Part shown: positions 33,986 through 45,467 of the stretch, piece after piece | Numbering within the stretch: position 1 is the stretch's first letter | Layout: each line of letters begins with the position of its first letter | NCBI RefSeq assembly: GCF_964213995.1 | Contig: NC_135804.1 | Coordinates: 69,688,001 to 69,752,000 of the forward strand | Direction of reading: 5' to 3' | Length of the DNA: 64,000 bases | From: Mustelus asterias | Lineage: Eukaryota | Notes under the pieces: model-generated | Told to the model about the DNA's origin: nothing | Seen by the model: only the letters and a program-made list of their open reading frames with translations | The model's database searches: none | Position numbers and translations under genes: made by a program

Positions 33986-35784
33986 AAGAATGCAATGGTA
34001 GTATGGGACAGTGGAGTGAGGGAAATTGAAACTGCAGTCTGTAACAAGGAGGGTGAATCCAGACTGCTGTGTTGCCTGCCTGTGCCAGGGTTCAAGGCAT
34101 CTGCTTCCAACTGGAGCAACTTCAAATAGGAGGGTGGGTCCCATTCTCTTGGTCCATGCAGGTACCAAAGACAAAGGTAGAATAAGGAAAAAGATTTTGC
34201 ATAGATATTTTGAAGACCAAGACTCTAAAGTAAGCGAAAGTACTTTATGGAGTATTACTTTAGCCATGTACAACTTGGCATAGGGTACATAAAATTAGAG
34301 CAATGAATACGTGGCTCAACGACTGGTGTGGGTGAAATGGGCTTCAGTTCGTAGGACAGTGGGATCAGTATTGGGGAAAATGGAATTTATACTGCTGAGA
34401 ATGGCCTGAATCGGAACTGTGGTGGAACCAGGGATCTTGAAACTACCTAACTAGTCAAGTAAAGAGGGCTTTGAAGTAAATAGAGGGGAGATGGTTCTGG
34501 AAAGGTGACATGTACGCTTCCAAAGCAAATGGATTTGGCAGTACTACAAGTCATCTATTTAGGTAAAGATACACAAAGTGTGACAGGAAGCGACAGAATG
34601 TACAAACATAAAAGAAATCGCCGCAAATAGACTCAAATGGAGAAAAATGGTAAAAGGGAAAAAATAATGGTTCTTTACTTCAATGCACATAGTATTTGAC
34701 ACAAAATTCAAGAAAGAATGGCAAATATTGAGGTTAATTTGATTTGATGTGATTTATTGTTATCACATGTATTAGTATACAGTAAAAAGTATTGTTTCAT
34801 ACACGCCATACAGACAAATCATACTATACATAGAGAAGGAAAGGAGAGGGTGCAGAATGTTATAGTAATATCTAGGGTATAGAGAAACGCAACTTAAAAT
34901 GAGGTAGGCGCATTAAAACGTCTAATGGCAGCAAGTAAAAAGCTGTTCTTCAGTCGGTTGGTATGTGACCTCAGTTGTTTCCCCGATGGAAGAAGGTGGA
35001 AGAGAGTATGTCCGGGGTGCATGGGATCCTTGATTATGCTGGCTGCTTTATAGATATGACCGTATAAGCATTACTGAAATGGTTACAAGGAGATTGAAGC
35101 TGGAAACTAAATATTCGGGGCATATGACTTTTCGTGAGGACAGGTAGGAGGAAAGGTGGTGGGGTAGTGTTGTTAGTACAAGGTGGATTAATTATGATAG
35201 CAAAAAATGATCTTGAATTAGAAAATGTAGAGTCCATATGGGGTTTTGGAAAGAAACAACAAAAGGAAGAAGGCACTGATGGGAGTAATCTATAGGCCCC
35301 TTAGCAGTAATTATACTGTAGGACAAAGAATAACCAGGAGATAATGAGGCAGTGTATTAATAATGTGTGACTCTAATCTTCATGTGGATTTGGTAAATCA
35401 AATTGGCAGAGAAAGTCACGAGGAAGAATTCATAGAATGTATTCAGGACAGTTTCCTCGAACAACATGTTGTGGACCTAAACCGGGATAAAACAATTTTG
35501 GATCCTTTAACGTGAAATGGGACAGATTTATAAACAATCTTGGAGTATAACATTCCCGAGCAAACAGTGACAAAATATGGTAGAATTGTTTGAGAGTGAA
35601 GAATGTGAGTAAGAAATAACTGTGCTGAACTTAATTACCAAAAGAATGGGTATAGAATTATTGGAGTGGGCTGGGAAAAGAGTTTAGCAGAAAAAAATAG
35701 TTGCTTTGTTAATGAAAATACTTCCTGACTCACAACAAAGATATATACCAACAAGGAAGAAGGGCTCTAAGAAATATAAAAATA

Positions 35785-36858
35785 TTGAAAGTAGAAGCAG
35801 GAGTAGGCCACTTGGCCTTTGAACCTGCTCCACCATTAATTTTGATCATGGCTGATCATCAGATACCATGATTTCCCCTACCCCCCATATCCCTTTAGCC
35901 CCCAGAGCTATATCTAATTTCTTCATGAAATCAGACAACTTTTGGCCTCAACTATATTCTGTCGTTGTGAATTACACACATTCACCACCCTCCGAGTGAA
36001 GAAATGTCTCTTCATCTCAGTCCTAAAAGGTTTACCCCTTATCCTCAAACTATGACCCCAAGTTCTGGACTTCCCCACCATGGGAACATTCTTTCTGAAT
36101 TTACCCTCTCTAGATCTGCTAGAATTTTATAAGTTTCTATGAGATCCCCTCTCACTCTTCTAAACTCCATTGAATATAATCCTAATCGATTTAGTCACTG
36201 CTAATATGACAGACGTGCCATCCCAGGAATCAGCCTGTAAACCTTCGCTGTACTCGCTCTATAGCAAGGACATCGATCCGCAGATAAGGAGACCAAAACT
36301 GCACACAATACTCCAGGCATGGCCAGTGGCGGATTAACTACCACCCGGACCCCTAGGCTGAGCTTTAGTAAGGCCCCCTGACCTTGCCCCCTCCCTCTCC
36401 ACCCCCCCCCCTTCATTGAATAGAATAAAGTGACGTTAGATAACTTATATCGTTGTACTATGTATAATGTACTACATGTATAATATCATAAAGTTACATG
36501 AATCAATTACAACCCTTTTATTCATTTATTTTTCATTTTCTTTACATTTGTGCTTTAAAAAGCTTCCGTGTTTTTTGATTTACCAGTGTCAATAACAGCA
36601 TGTAAATCAACAGATCGAAGCATGTCTGATTCAATGTGCATGAGTGCCAGATGACTAAGTTTCTCATCGCTCATTGTTGAGCGCAAATAGATTTTGATCC
36701 TCTTCAGTGCCGAAAATTAACGCACACCCGAACAGTTAGTGGTTTCTTTTTGCTCTCGGGCCCCCGTCCCTTCCGGGCCCCTAGGCTTAAGCCTACTCAG
36801 CCTAATGGTTAATCCGCCACTGGGCATGGCCTCACCAATGTCCTATGCAATTGCAGCA
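35785..36858 (-). mobile_element. CR1 3' fragment (hosts hAT copy 2)
   Basis: CR1 3'UTR and LEYCVQFWSP-type region, colinear across the hAT insertion. Confidence 0.8.
36324..36822 (-). mobile_element. Non-autonomous hAT deletion derivative, copy 2, 499 bp
   Basis: Same 15-bp TIRs as copy 1; 8-bp TSD GGCATGGC (36316-36323, 36823-36830). Confidence 0.92.
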
Positions 36859-39562
36859 AAAAAGGAGAGGGTAAATCAACCATCGTTAATGAGGGAAGTT
36901 AAGAATAGTGTTAAACTGTATGGGGGAAAATCATATGATGTCGCAAAGATTAGTGGTGAGACCAAGGATTGAGAAAGCTTTAGAAGCAAATTTTAAAAAT
37001 GACCAAAATGGTGGAAGGTATGCTGTGAAGGTAAACTGGCAAGAAGTATAAAATTGATAATAAGAACTTCGTTAAATATATATATAAAAAAGAGAGAGGT
37101 CAAAGTGAACATAGAGCCCAGGGAGAATGAGACCGTGGAAATAATAATGGGGAACCAGGAAGTGGCAGAGGAGTTAAACAAATGTTTTGCATCAGTCATC
37201 ACAGGGGAAGGCACTAATTCCAAAAATAATAAATAATCAAGGGGCAAAAGTGGAAGAGGAAATAAATACTATAATTAACACTAGTGAAAAATTACTTGGG
37301 TAACTAATGGGGCTAAAGGCTGATAAGCCCCTGGACCTGATGGGTTGCATCCTAGGATAGTAAAGAAAGTAGCTACAGAGATAGTCAATGCAGAAGTAGT
37401 AACTTTCCAAAAGTCCTGAAATTCAGAAAAAGTGCCAAATTGGCAAAAAGCCAAACCTGTATTCAAAATGGGAGGGAGACAGAAAAACAGGCATCCTTAG
37501 ACAATATAGCTTGATATCTGTTATTTGGGAAATGAAAGAGTCCATTATCAAGTGTGCAATTGCTGTGCATTTAACAACATATAACATAATCAAGCAAAGT
37601 CAACATGACACCATGAAGGGAAAATCATGCCTGAGAAAGTATTGGAATTATTTGAGCTGGTAGCAAGCAGAACAAATAAAGGGGAACCAGTAGATGCATT
37701 ACACTTGGATTTCCAATAATTGCACAATGAATGTGCAACGGATTCCACTGGTTGTAAGAAAACTGACCTGTCTAAGGTTAAGGAAGCAATCACGTCCAAT
37801 AGCAGTCGCCCAGCTTAGGACAATTATGCAAAAGTGAAGGTGATACTCGAATTTTGGAAAGAAATACCTGCTACCTTCTGTATTCTAGCAAAGTGACTCT
37901 GAAACGGACGCTGACAGTGAACTCATTCAACACAAATCAGCAATTAATTAGAAAACGATGATCCAATGTATCGTTACATAACCAGCGACAGATAGAGCAT
38001 GTCGGAAAACTTTGTAAAATATAATTGCACGGCAAATCTTACACAAACTTCCATTGAAAGGGAGGACTGGAATAGATTAACAAATTTCCGAATATGTCAA
38101 AAGTGAAATGTCAACACAACATATTATGCTTCAGAATAAAGTGATTTCTTATTTTGTTTCACAATACCGAGACGTGGACGATGGTTTGGAATACACAATG
38201 TAACTTTAACGAGAGTCCGCTTTTAATTAATGTTACAGATCGCTGAATACGACGGTGAATGTTTGACCAGAACATGATTTATCACAAGTAAACTGGATTA
38301 TTTAAAGGGTGGAAATTGCATTCAATGTTCACCAGCCAAACCAATACGAAGTTTACTTCTGAAATTAAAACAGGATTGGATGCCAGAATCACATTCTGTA
38401 GTTAGCGCTGGTTAGAAAAAAATATTTAATAAGGATGTGCCATGATATGTCTGGCAATGCAAGATGAAAAATGTAGATTGCTTGTGAAAAAAATGAAGAG
38501 AAGTTGTGCAAGCATTATTCTAGGTTCAACTTTCAAATGAAATCATGCTGTCGTTTTAAAATAACAGTTCCACTCTCAGGTTTGTTTATTTGTTTACCCA
38601 ATTGATCGAGCATCTAAATTGATTTCACTTGTCTTACATTATCAAGAGTCATAGTTAGATTCATTATTTGGGAAAGGGAAATGTCCGCTCGCTAAAAGCC
38701 TCGCGGGAAACATTAGCCGCGATTCTCCCAAAAGTGATCAATTGGTGGGAGAACTGTTCTAAATCCCGACTGTTTTCTCAGTTCAGCTTGTCACCCGAAT
38801 TTCGCACTCTGCGCTGCAGAAAGCCCAGTCGTGAACATCATTAAACGCTTAGGGGGCGGGGCCAAAGAACCTGAAATCGGCGGGATGAGTGGGAACCTGC
38901 GCATGTGCACATCGCTGGGAGATCGTGGAAAAGACCTCGCAGCATTCAGATCACTGCCATCCAAACCCCACACACACCGCTGACCACATTGCTGGCCTCC
39001 ACACGCCCCCCCAACACAGATATCGCTGGCCTTATTGCTGGCCCGCACAGCACCACCGCCCCCCCCCCCCCAATCATCGCTGGCATCCACAACCATCACT
39101 GGCCTCATTGCTGGCCCCGCCCCATCTCCCCCCACACACAGACATGGCTGCCAGCTCACCTCATGCCCCCATGGATCCGGATAATGCAGGAACACAATCC
39201 CTCCATCTCTTGAACATGCTGTCCTGCAGAGAACTAGCATTGTGCTGACATGCACGACCCCAGCTTGTGATCATTCCCTCTCTTGAATGGGAGCCTTGAG
39301 TATTGCACCCCCGTGGACACAGCAGCTAATTGATTAGGAGCGCTGAGTATTGCACCCCGCCTGGACAGCCTATTGAATGGTAGCCAATCAGCACCCTGAG
39401 GGATGAATGACACTCAACTGAATGCAGCCTTCAAAATCTCTCACAAGTATTGGTTGCCAACGGGCCGTTGACTGGCCACACTTACTGCACCTGCATTCCC
39501 CTAATAAGCCAGAACTGTATATAAGCTGCAGGAATGGACGCACAGCCAGTCACACCACAAAG

Positions 39563-42050
39563 ATGGCTGCTTATAAACCAGCTGCCAGGTTTTCGGAGGC
39601 AGACCAGGAGCACCTGTTAGATGCCGTGGAGGAGAGGGGTGACCATCAGTTCCCTGGCCAGAACCCCAACCCAAGAGGTGTATCTGCCATGGCATTGTGG
39701 AAGGAGGTGGCAGAAGTGGTGAATGCCAGGATCCTGACACCATGCTCTGACAGGCAGTGCCGCAAAAATATGTACGACTTTCTGCGAGCAGCAAAGGTGA
39801 GTGAGCATCCCCCTTGGAACCGCGCATATGCTTGGCACAGATCTCCAACCCTGCTTAGACACCTAAAAGCCATGCAACAAGTTACCCTTTCCCCAGGAAC
39901 AGAATCGAACCCCTTAATGAGCACCCTTCAGCGGTGACTACTTTCCCCTAAATTGTCAGCACAACACCTGAGACACACGCTTGCATTGCCACCATGGACT
40001 ACAATATGTTAATGCTTGCTATCCAACTATGTTCCCACAGGAAAAGAAAATCCACAACGCACGGGTGATGACACACGTTGGTGATGGTGTGCCTGACCTG
40101 CGGCAGCTGAGTAGTATGGAGGAGCATACCATGGAGCTGGCAGGGTGTTATGGTGTGGAGATGCCGGCGTTGGACTGGGGTAAACACAGTAAGAAGTTTA
40201 ACAACACCAGGTTAAAGTCCAACAGGTTTATTTGGTAGCAAAAGCCACACAAGCTTTCGGAGCTCTTAGCCCCTTCTTCAGGTGAGTGGGAATTCTGTTC
40301 ACAAACAGAGCTTATAAAGACACAGACTCAATTTACATGAATAATGGTTGGAATGCAAATACTTACAACTAATCAAGTCTTTAAGAGACGAGACAATGTG
40401 AGTGGAGAGAGCATCAAGACAGGCTAAAAAGATGTGTATTGTCTCCAGACAAGACAGCCAGTGAAACTCTGCAGGTCCACGCAACTGTGGGAGTTACAAA
40501 TAGTGTGACATGAACCCAATATCCTGGTTGAGGCCGTCCTCGTGTGTGCGGAACTTGGCTATCAGTTTCTGCTCAGCGACTCTGCGCTGTCGTGTGTCAC
40601 GAAGGCCGCCTTGGAAAACGCTTACCCGAACGCTTAGGGTGTTATGGGCCATCGCAAATGGTCACCGACAGCCAGGTCAGCGTACAGCATGCAAGTGAGC
40701 AGAAGCACACCCGTATCCTTGGTCCTCCGATGCTGCATGGAATGTTTTGCCTCCCTCCCCCTAATGTGTGTTCTGTTTTACAACTCTGGACACAGAGGAG
40801 TCTGGCCCTTCAGGTGTTGCCACCACCCCCGCTGCCCCGGAGCAAACTGCGCATGACCCCCTGGATGACACCTCGGAGGGATTCACTGAGGAATCCTCCA
40901 AGGGCAGCACAACTAAAGCGTAACCAGCAAGTACCACACAACCCACCAACACAGAGAGAATCACCATGGTGGGTAACTTCAGTGTTGAAGCTTCTGGGTC
41001 ACGATCTGGCGAGTACATTACAACCACTGATGCACATCGGGTGGAGGGGCGCACATCTGAGGGCTCGGGCACATGGAGGTTTGTCGGAGGCCAGGATTCA
41101 GCTATCCCCAAGCTAGCTGCTGGGCCTCTTGGTTTGTTCCTCCCAAGGCTGGTGGAGATGCATTCGGAAACCTGGGGAGTTGTGGAAGGGCTGTCAGCAA
41201 CCATGCTGTGACTGCAAGGCTGTTTAGGGGAGTCAAACAGAGTGCTGTTGCAGGAGGTGGTGCCGACACAGCATGAGACCCAGGCCAACACTGTAAGGGT
41301 GGTGACCGCAGTGGAAAGTCTGGCTCAGGAATCTGTCCTCATGGGTGACAGGGTCCATGCCACCCTGGATACACTATGGGCCACAGGCGAGTGTGTTTCT
41401 GACATCCAGGAGGCACAGCGTTCGATGGCCATGGATGTCGGGGGCATGTGGGAGACATTGCTGGCCATGGCTGGGACTCTCGCTGGCATTCTGGAGACAC
41501 AGCATGCCGTGGCTATGATCCTCGACAACTTAGCCCAGGCTCAGAGGGTTACTGCTGAGGGGCTCCAGCACCTGGCTTGCTCACAGAATGCTGTAGTGGA
41601 GGGGCTCCGGAGCTTGGCCGAGTCTCAGAGGGCCAGGGCTGAGGAATCACACATCATGGGGCAGACACATCTAGGCCTCCAAGATTGGCAGAGCCAGGTG
41701 ATGCCAGAGCTTCTGGAGCTCACTTCAGCTACGCTGGTGTCCCATGGAGTACCCATAGGGTCTCTGGGCACCCCAAGGGAGGAGAGGGGGCTTGAGACCA
41801 TGCCGGTGTCTTCCACCCAGGAGATCGCAGAGAATTTCCAACTCCCCCCTTCCTCACACCGGGGCATCTCAGGGCCAGCGAGATGATCAGGGTGGCACCG
41901 AAACAGAGCCATCCACAAGTCAGCTGTGACCTCCAGGTCCCGACCAACCGGGGACGTCCTCCAAGGACATCACAGGCACAACTGGACACCTCGACCTCTG
42001 ATGTGCATCCTGGGTGGCACCTAGAAGAAGCTGCAGACAGCACAAAGATA
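39563..42050 (+). pseudogene. Harbinger Myb/SANT-like DNA-binding protein gene (exon 1 39563-39796, exon 2 from 40041, coiled-coil exon ~40790-42050), disrupted
   Basis: MAAYKPAARFSEADQEHLLDAV...WKEVAEVVNA...QCRKNMYDFLRAAK/GTGAGT; cag/EKKIHNARVMTHVGDGVPDLRQLSSMEE; Penelope insertion, stops and frameshifts. Confidence 0.8.
40154..40635 (-). mobile_element. Penelope-like 3' fragment with a hammerhead motif at 40245-40290
   Basis: 12-bp TSD AGGGTGTTATGG (40142-40153, 40636-40647); GIY-YIG C-terminus; CTGAAGA-A-GGGGC-taaga-GCTCC-GAAAGCTT. Confidence 0.88.
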
Positions 42051-42685
42051 GAATGTTGTAGTTCACTCAAGGGAACGGGTGATGGTCAGCATTAGTCAGG
42101 GTTTGGTAATCATTTATGTGAAGAGCACAACAAACTGTTAATTGCACATCAAGCTGTGACTAATGTCTCTCTGATTCTCTTCCATCCCCAGACAGCCCAG
42201 TGTTCCCGACTCCCAAACATAGAAGCGCTGTCTGTTGAGCCTTGCAGATTCAGCCCATGATTCAGAGTGCCGGCCCTACCTTCCCCAATATCCACCAGAC
42301 CTTTGGTGCATGTGCCCCCCCTTTCTTCGCCAAAAAACATGTGTCCCCAACCATTATAGCTATGTTGGCCAGGGCAGCAGAGTGCATTCAGAGTACAGGT
42401 CGGAGTCAGACTTGAATTGCACCAGGGGCACGATCCCAGTGTGCAGAACAGCGAGTCTTCATCATCGTTCGGCCTTCAAACCAAGACTCGCAACCATTAC
42501 CAGCCCAGGGACACTAATAGGGTTGGATGTTTCTGGGGAAATGGTTGCGGGATGACAGGAGCAGGGGAAGGGTGATGTGGTGGTTTGAGGGCCCAGGTTG
42601 ATTTGGAGGGGGAGTAGTGGCTGCACTTGCTCCTGCTGTGTGCTGGATGTGTGTTGGTTGCACCCCCTTCATTGCACAGCACCAG

Positions 42686-44305
42686 CTAGGTGAAGCGGGC
42701 TGCAATCAAGGCATCCCTCATTGCCATTGCCACCCGCTGTCTTTCCTCCAGCTCTCCATGTGGTGGGGTGCCCACCTCGCCCCCGCGCTGCTCCTCCTCC
42801 TCCTCCTCCTTCAGCTGGTCTCCCCACTGCTGGGCGATGTTGTGAAGTGCGCAGCAAATGATACTGATGGGTGAAGCACGCACAGGGTCATACTGGAGGA
42901 CCCCTCCAGAGCGGTCCAAGAAGCGGAATCGCATCTTCAGCAGGCCGATAAATCACTCAACGACGGACCAGGTGGCTGCATGGGTCTCGTTGTAGCGGGT
43001 CTCCGTCTCAGTCTCGGGCCTCCACACAGGCATCATCAGCCATGACCTCAGCAGGTAACCTTTGTCATCCAGTAGGCATCCCAGGAGCCTGGGCTGGTTT
43101 TCAAAGAGCCCAGGGTTGTCCGATTGCCGGATCACAAAGCTGTCATGGACACTCCCTGGGTGGCGTGCATCGACCTGCATGATCTTGAGCCGATCGTAGC
43201 AGATAATTTGGACGTTCAGGGAGTGGAACCCCTTCCAGTTCAAAAATTGCTGTGGCCCTGCAATGGGGGGCCCACAAGGTGATGTGCATGCCATTCACTG
43301 TGCCCCGCACATGCGGAATCCCGGTGATGGATGCAAAGCCAAGAGCCCAGGCCTCCTGCTGTGCATGGCCCACATCGAAATTAATAAGGTGCCCTGCCTG
43401 GGCATACAGGGCATCTGTGACCTGCCGCACACATCCGTGCCCGGAAGCCTGGGAGATCCCAGCTAAGTCACCACTGGGAGCCTGGAATAACCCGGAAGCA
43501 TAGAAATTGAGGGCTGCCATCACCTTCATGTCCACAGGGAGTGGGTGGCTGCCGCTCCCCGAGGTGCCAGGTACAAAGAACAAAGAAAATTACAGCACAG
43601 GATCAGGCCCTTTGGCCCTCCAAGCCTGCACCGACCATGCTGCCTGACTTAACTAAAACCCCCTACGCTTCCGGGGACCATATCTCTCTATTCCCATCTC
43701 ATTCATGTACTTGTCAAGACGTCCCTTAAAAGTCACTATCGTATCTGCTTCCACTACCTCCCCCGGCAATGAGTTGCAGGCACCCACCACTCTCTGTATA
43801 AAAACTCTGCCTCATACATCTCTTTTAAACCTTGCCCCTCGCACCTTAAACCTATGCCCCCTAGTAATTGACTCTTCCACCCTGTGAAAAAGCTTCTGAC
43901 TATCCACTCTGTCCATGACTCTCATAATCTTGTAGACTTCTATCAGGTCTCCCCTCAACCTCCGTCGCTCCAGTGAGAACAAACCACAGGTACGAGAGCA
44001 CCTCACAAATGTGACGCACTGTGGTCTTGGACAAGCGCAGCCGGCGATGCCACATCTCCTCTGAGAGGGCCTTGAAGGAATTGTGGGGCCTGCACCTCCT
44101 TGGCCTCGGCACTCTCCGCCTTCTGTGCATCCTCTCAGGAGCCTGCTCACCAACCTCCTGGTCCTCAGCAGCAGCCCCCTGCCCTCTCTCCTGAGGGTCT
44201 GGTGGTGGCTGCTCTTGCAGTCGTCTCTTCACACCCACCACTGCCTCTTCATCCTCCAGCTGCCACCAGTATGGTGAGCTCCAGATCAAACAAACCTTGA
44301 TCCAT
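42686..44305 (-). pseudogene. Harbinger DDE transposase (HARBI1-like), frameshifted and interrupted by CR1
   Basis: ALNFYASGLFQ, FLNWKGFHSLNVQ, PGSVHDSFV, DKGY, RYNETHAAT, MRFRFLDRSGG, CCALHNIA. Confidence 0.9.
43575..43986 (-). mobile_element. Short CR1 3' fragment (same family as 9033-10118)
   Basis: 7-bp TSD CAGGTAC (43568-43574, 43987-43993); GLFSLERRRLRGDLIEVYK. Confidence 0.9.
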
Positions 44306-44860
44306 CTGCCCAGTGTGGTTTGGAAAGAGCATAGAATGACAGATTATTTTCATTGGCTGCATAGACCCAGCACCACCCCAGTCCCTCACTTGGACCAGCG
44401 TCCCCACTTGTGGGAGCTGGCAACCCCACACAATCCATGGTGCCATGCGTGGCCCAATTAGGGTTGTGGGAGATTCCCATCATTACAAATGGTGACACAG
44501 ATTATGCAAGTCGGTGTGCAGACATGGGCAATGTGCACCCTTGAGCCATTGCTATGTATGCAACTGCAGCATCTGTTACAGGCATGTGTTGTTGGTCCTT
44601 GTCACAGGGCAGGGACAGACTGCAAAGCCACACCAGATGTATGCCCAGTGACAGCAGATTCCATGCAGTCCATGTCTGAAACTCTGCACCTGGGCCTGGA
44701 GCAGCAGCTGCTTCATCTGGTTAGGCCTCAGTCAGCACATGGTACACTCCTCCGTCACTCTGGAACATCAGCACTGAGTAGAGTCCCTGACAACACCCTG
44801 CAGAAAGACAATGCCACTGCAAAGTGCTGTGGAGTGGGTAGGGGAAGCGGGAGCCCTCGA

Positions 44861-45110
44861 GGCTGCTTCCCACAGTACGCTTCAGTGCTGCTTAGAGAGG
44901 GGCGGGGGGGCATTGAGGGAGCACGTGACACTGCCTCTCACAGTGCGCTTCAACGCTGCTTCGTGGGGGGTGGAAGGCAGCGAGAGCACTCAACACTGCC
45001 TCTCACAGTGCACTTCAGCACTGCTTGGAGGGTGGTGGGGAGGAGTGGGAGGACTCGATGTTGCCTCTCACAGTGTGCTTCAGCGCTGCTGGAGGTGGGG
45101 GGGGGGGGGG
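44861..45110. repeat. Four ~65-bp tandem units inside the Harbinger element
   Basis: Unit core ctgcctctcacagtgcgcttcagcgctgct followed by G runs, at ~44863, 44931, 44996 and 45061. Confidence 0.75.
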
Positions 45111-45232
45111 GGGATGGCACTCCCTAACAGAACCTTTCCCAGAGAGCTATGAGAAAATGAGAACCCCCAACACCGCGCCCTCCCCCCACAGATGTCACTC
45201 GTCAATGGGCCAAAACCTGAAGGCAGCAGGAG

Positions 45233-45467
45233 CGATGCACCATCAATCGAGCAAAGACTCGTTTGTATGCAAGAGCAAATAGGCTTTTATTAGCAAAAGA
45301 CTTGGAGCACACCCATGCCGATGAACTGGTCCAGACTGAGGCAGGGGGGTGGGGAGCAGTCGCCTTTATACCTGGACCAGGGGGTGGAGGACTCTCGGGT
45401 AGGGCTGGCAGGGATGTGTCCAGGCATGTCTCATATACAGGTAATAAGCTAACAGTGGTTTACCACA
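45233..45467 (-). mobile_element. Short solo LTR (235 bp, Gypsy-like) nested in the Harbinger element
   Basis: Minus strand starts TGTGGTAAACCAC, has TATAAA then AATAAA, and ends CG (CA expected); 5-bp TSD AGGAG (45228-45232, 45468-45472). Confidence 0.75.

Larger units (their letters stand above)
32230..37720 (+). mobile_element. Old near-full-length CR1 fragmented by several younger insertions
   Basis: ORF1 remnants at 32230-32589 and 33990-34460; ORF2 remnants at ~34670-35770 and 36860-37720, resuming colinearly after each insertion. Confidence 0.75.

Noticed and set aside
42686-44305. Domesticated HARBI1/NAIF1 host genes
   Set aside because: Multiple stops, frameshifts and nested insertions plus TIRs and a TSD indicate dead transposon copies.
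44861-45110. Repeated CACAGTG (RSS heptamer) in a tandem array
   Set aside because: No ACAAAAACC-like nonamer at 12 or 23 bp; the heptamers are followed by G runs and lie inside a Harbinger element.
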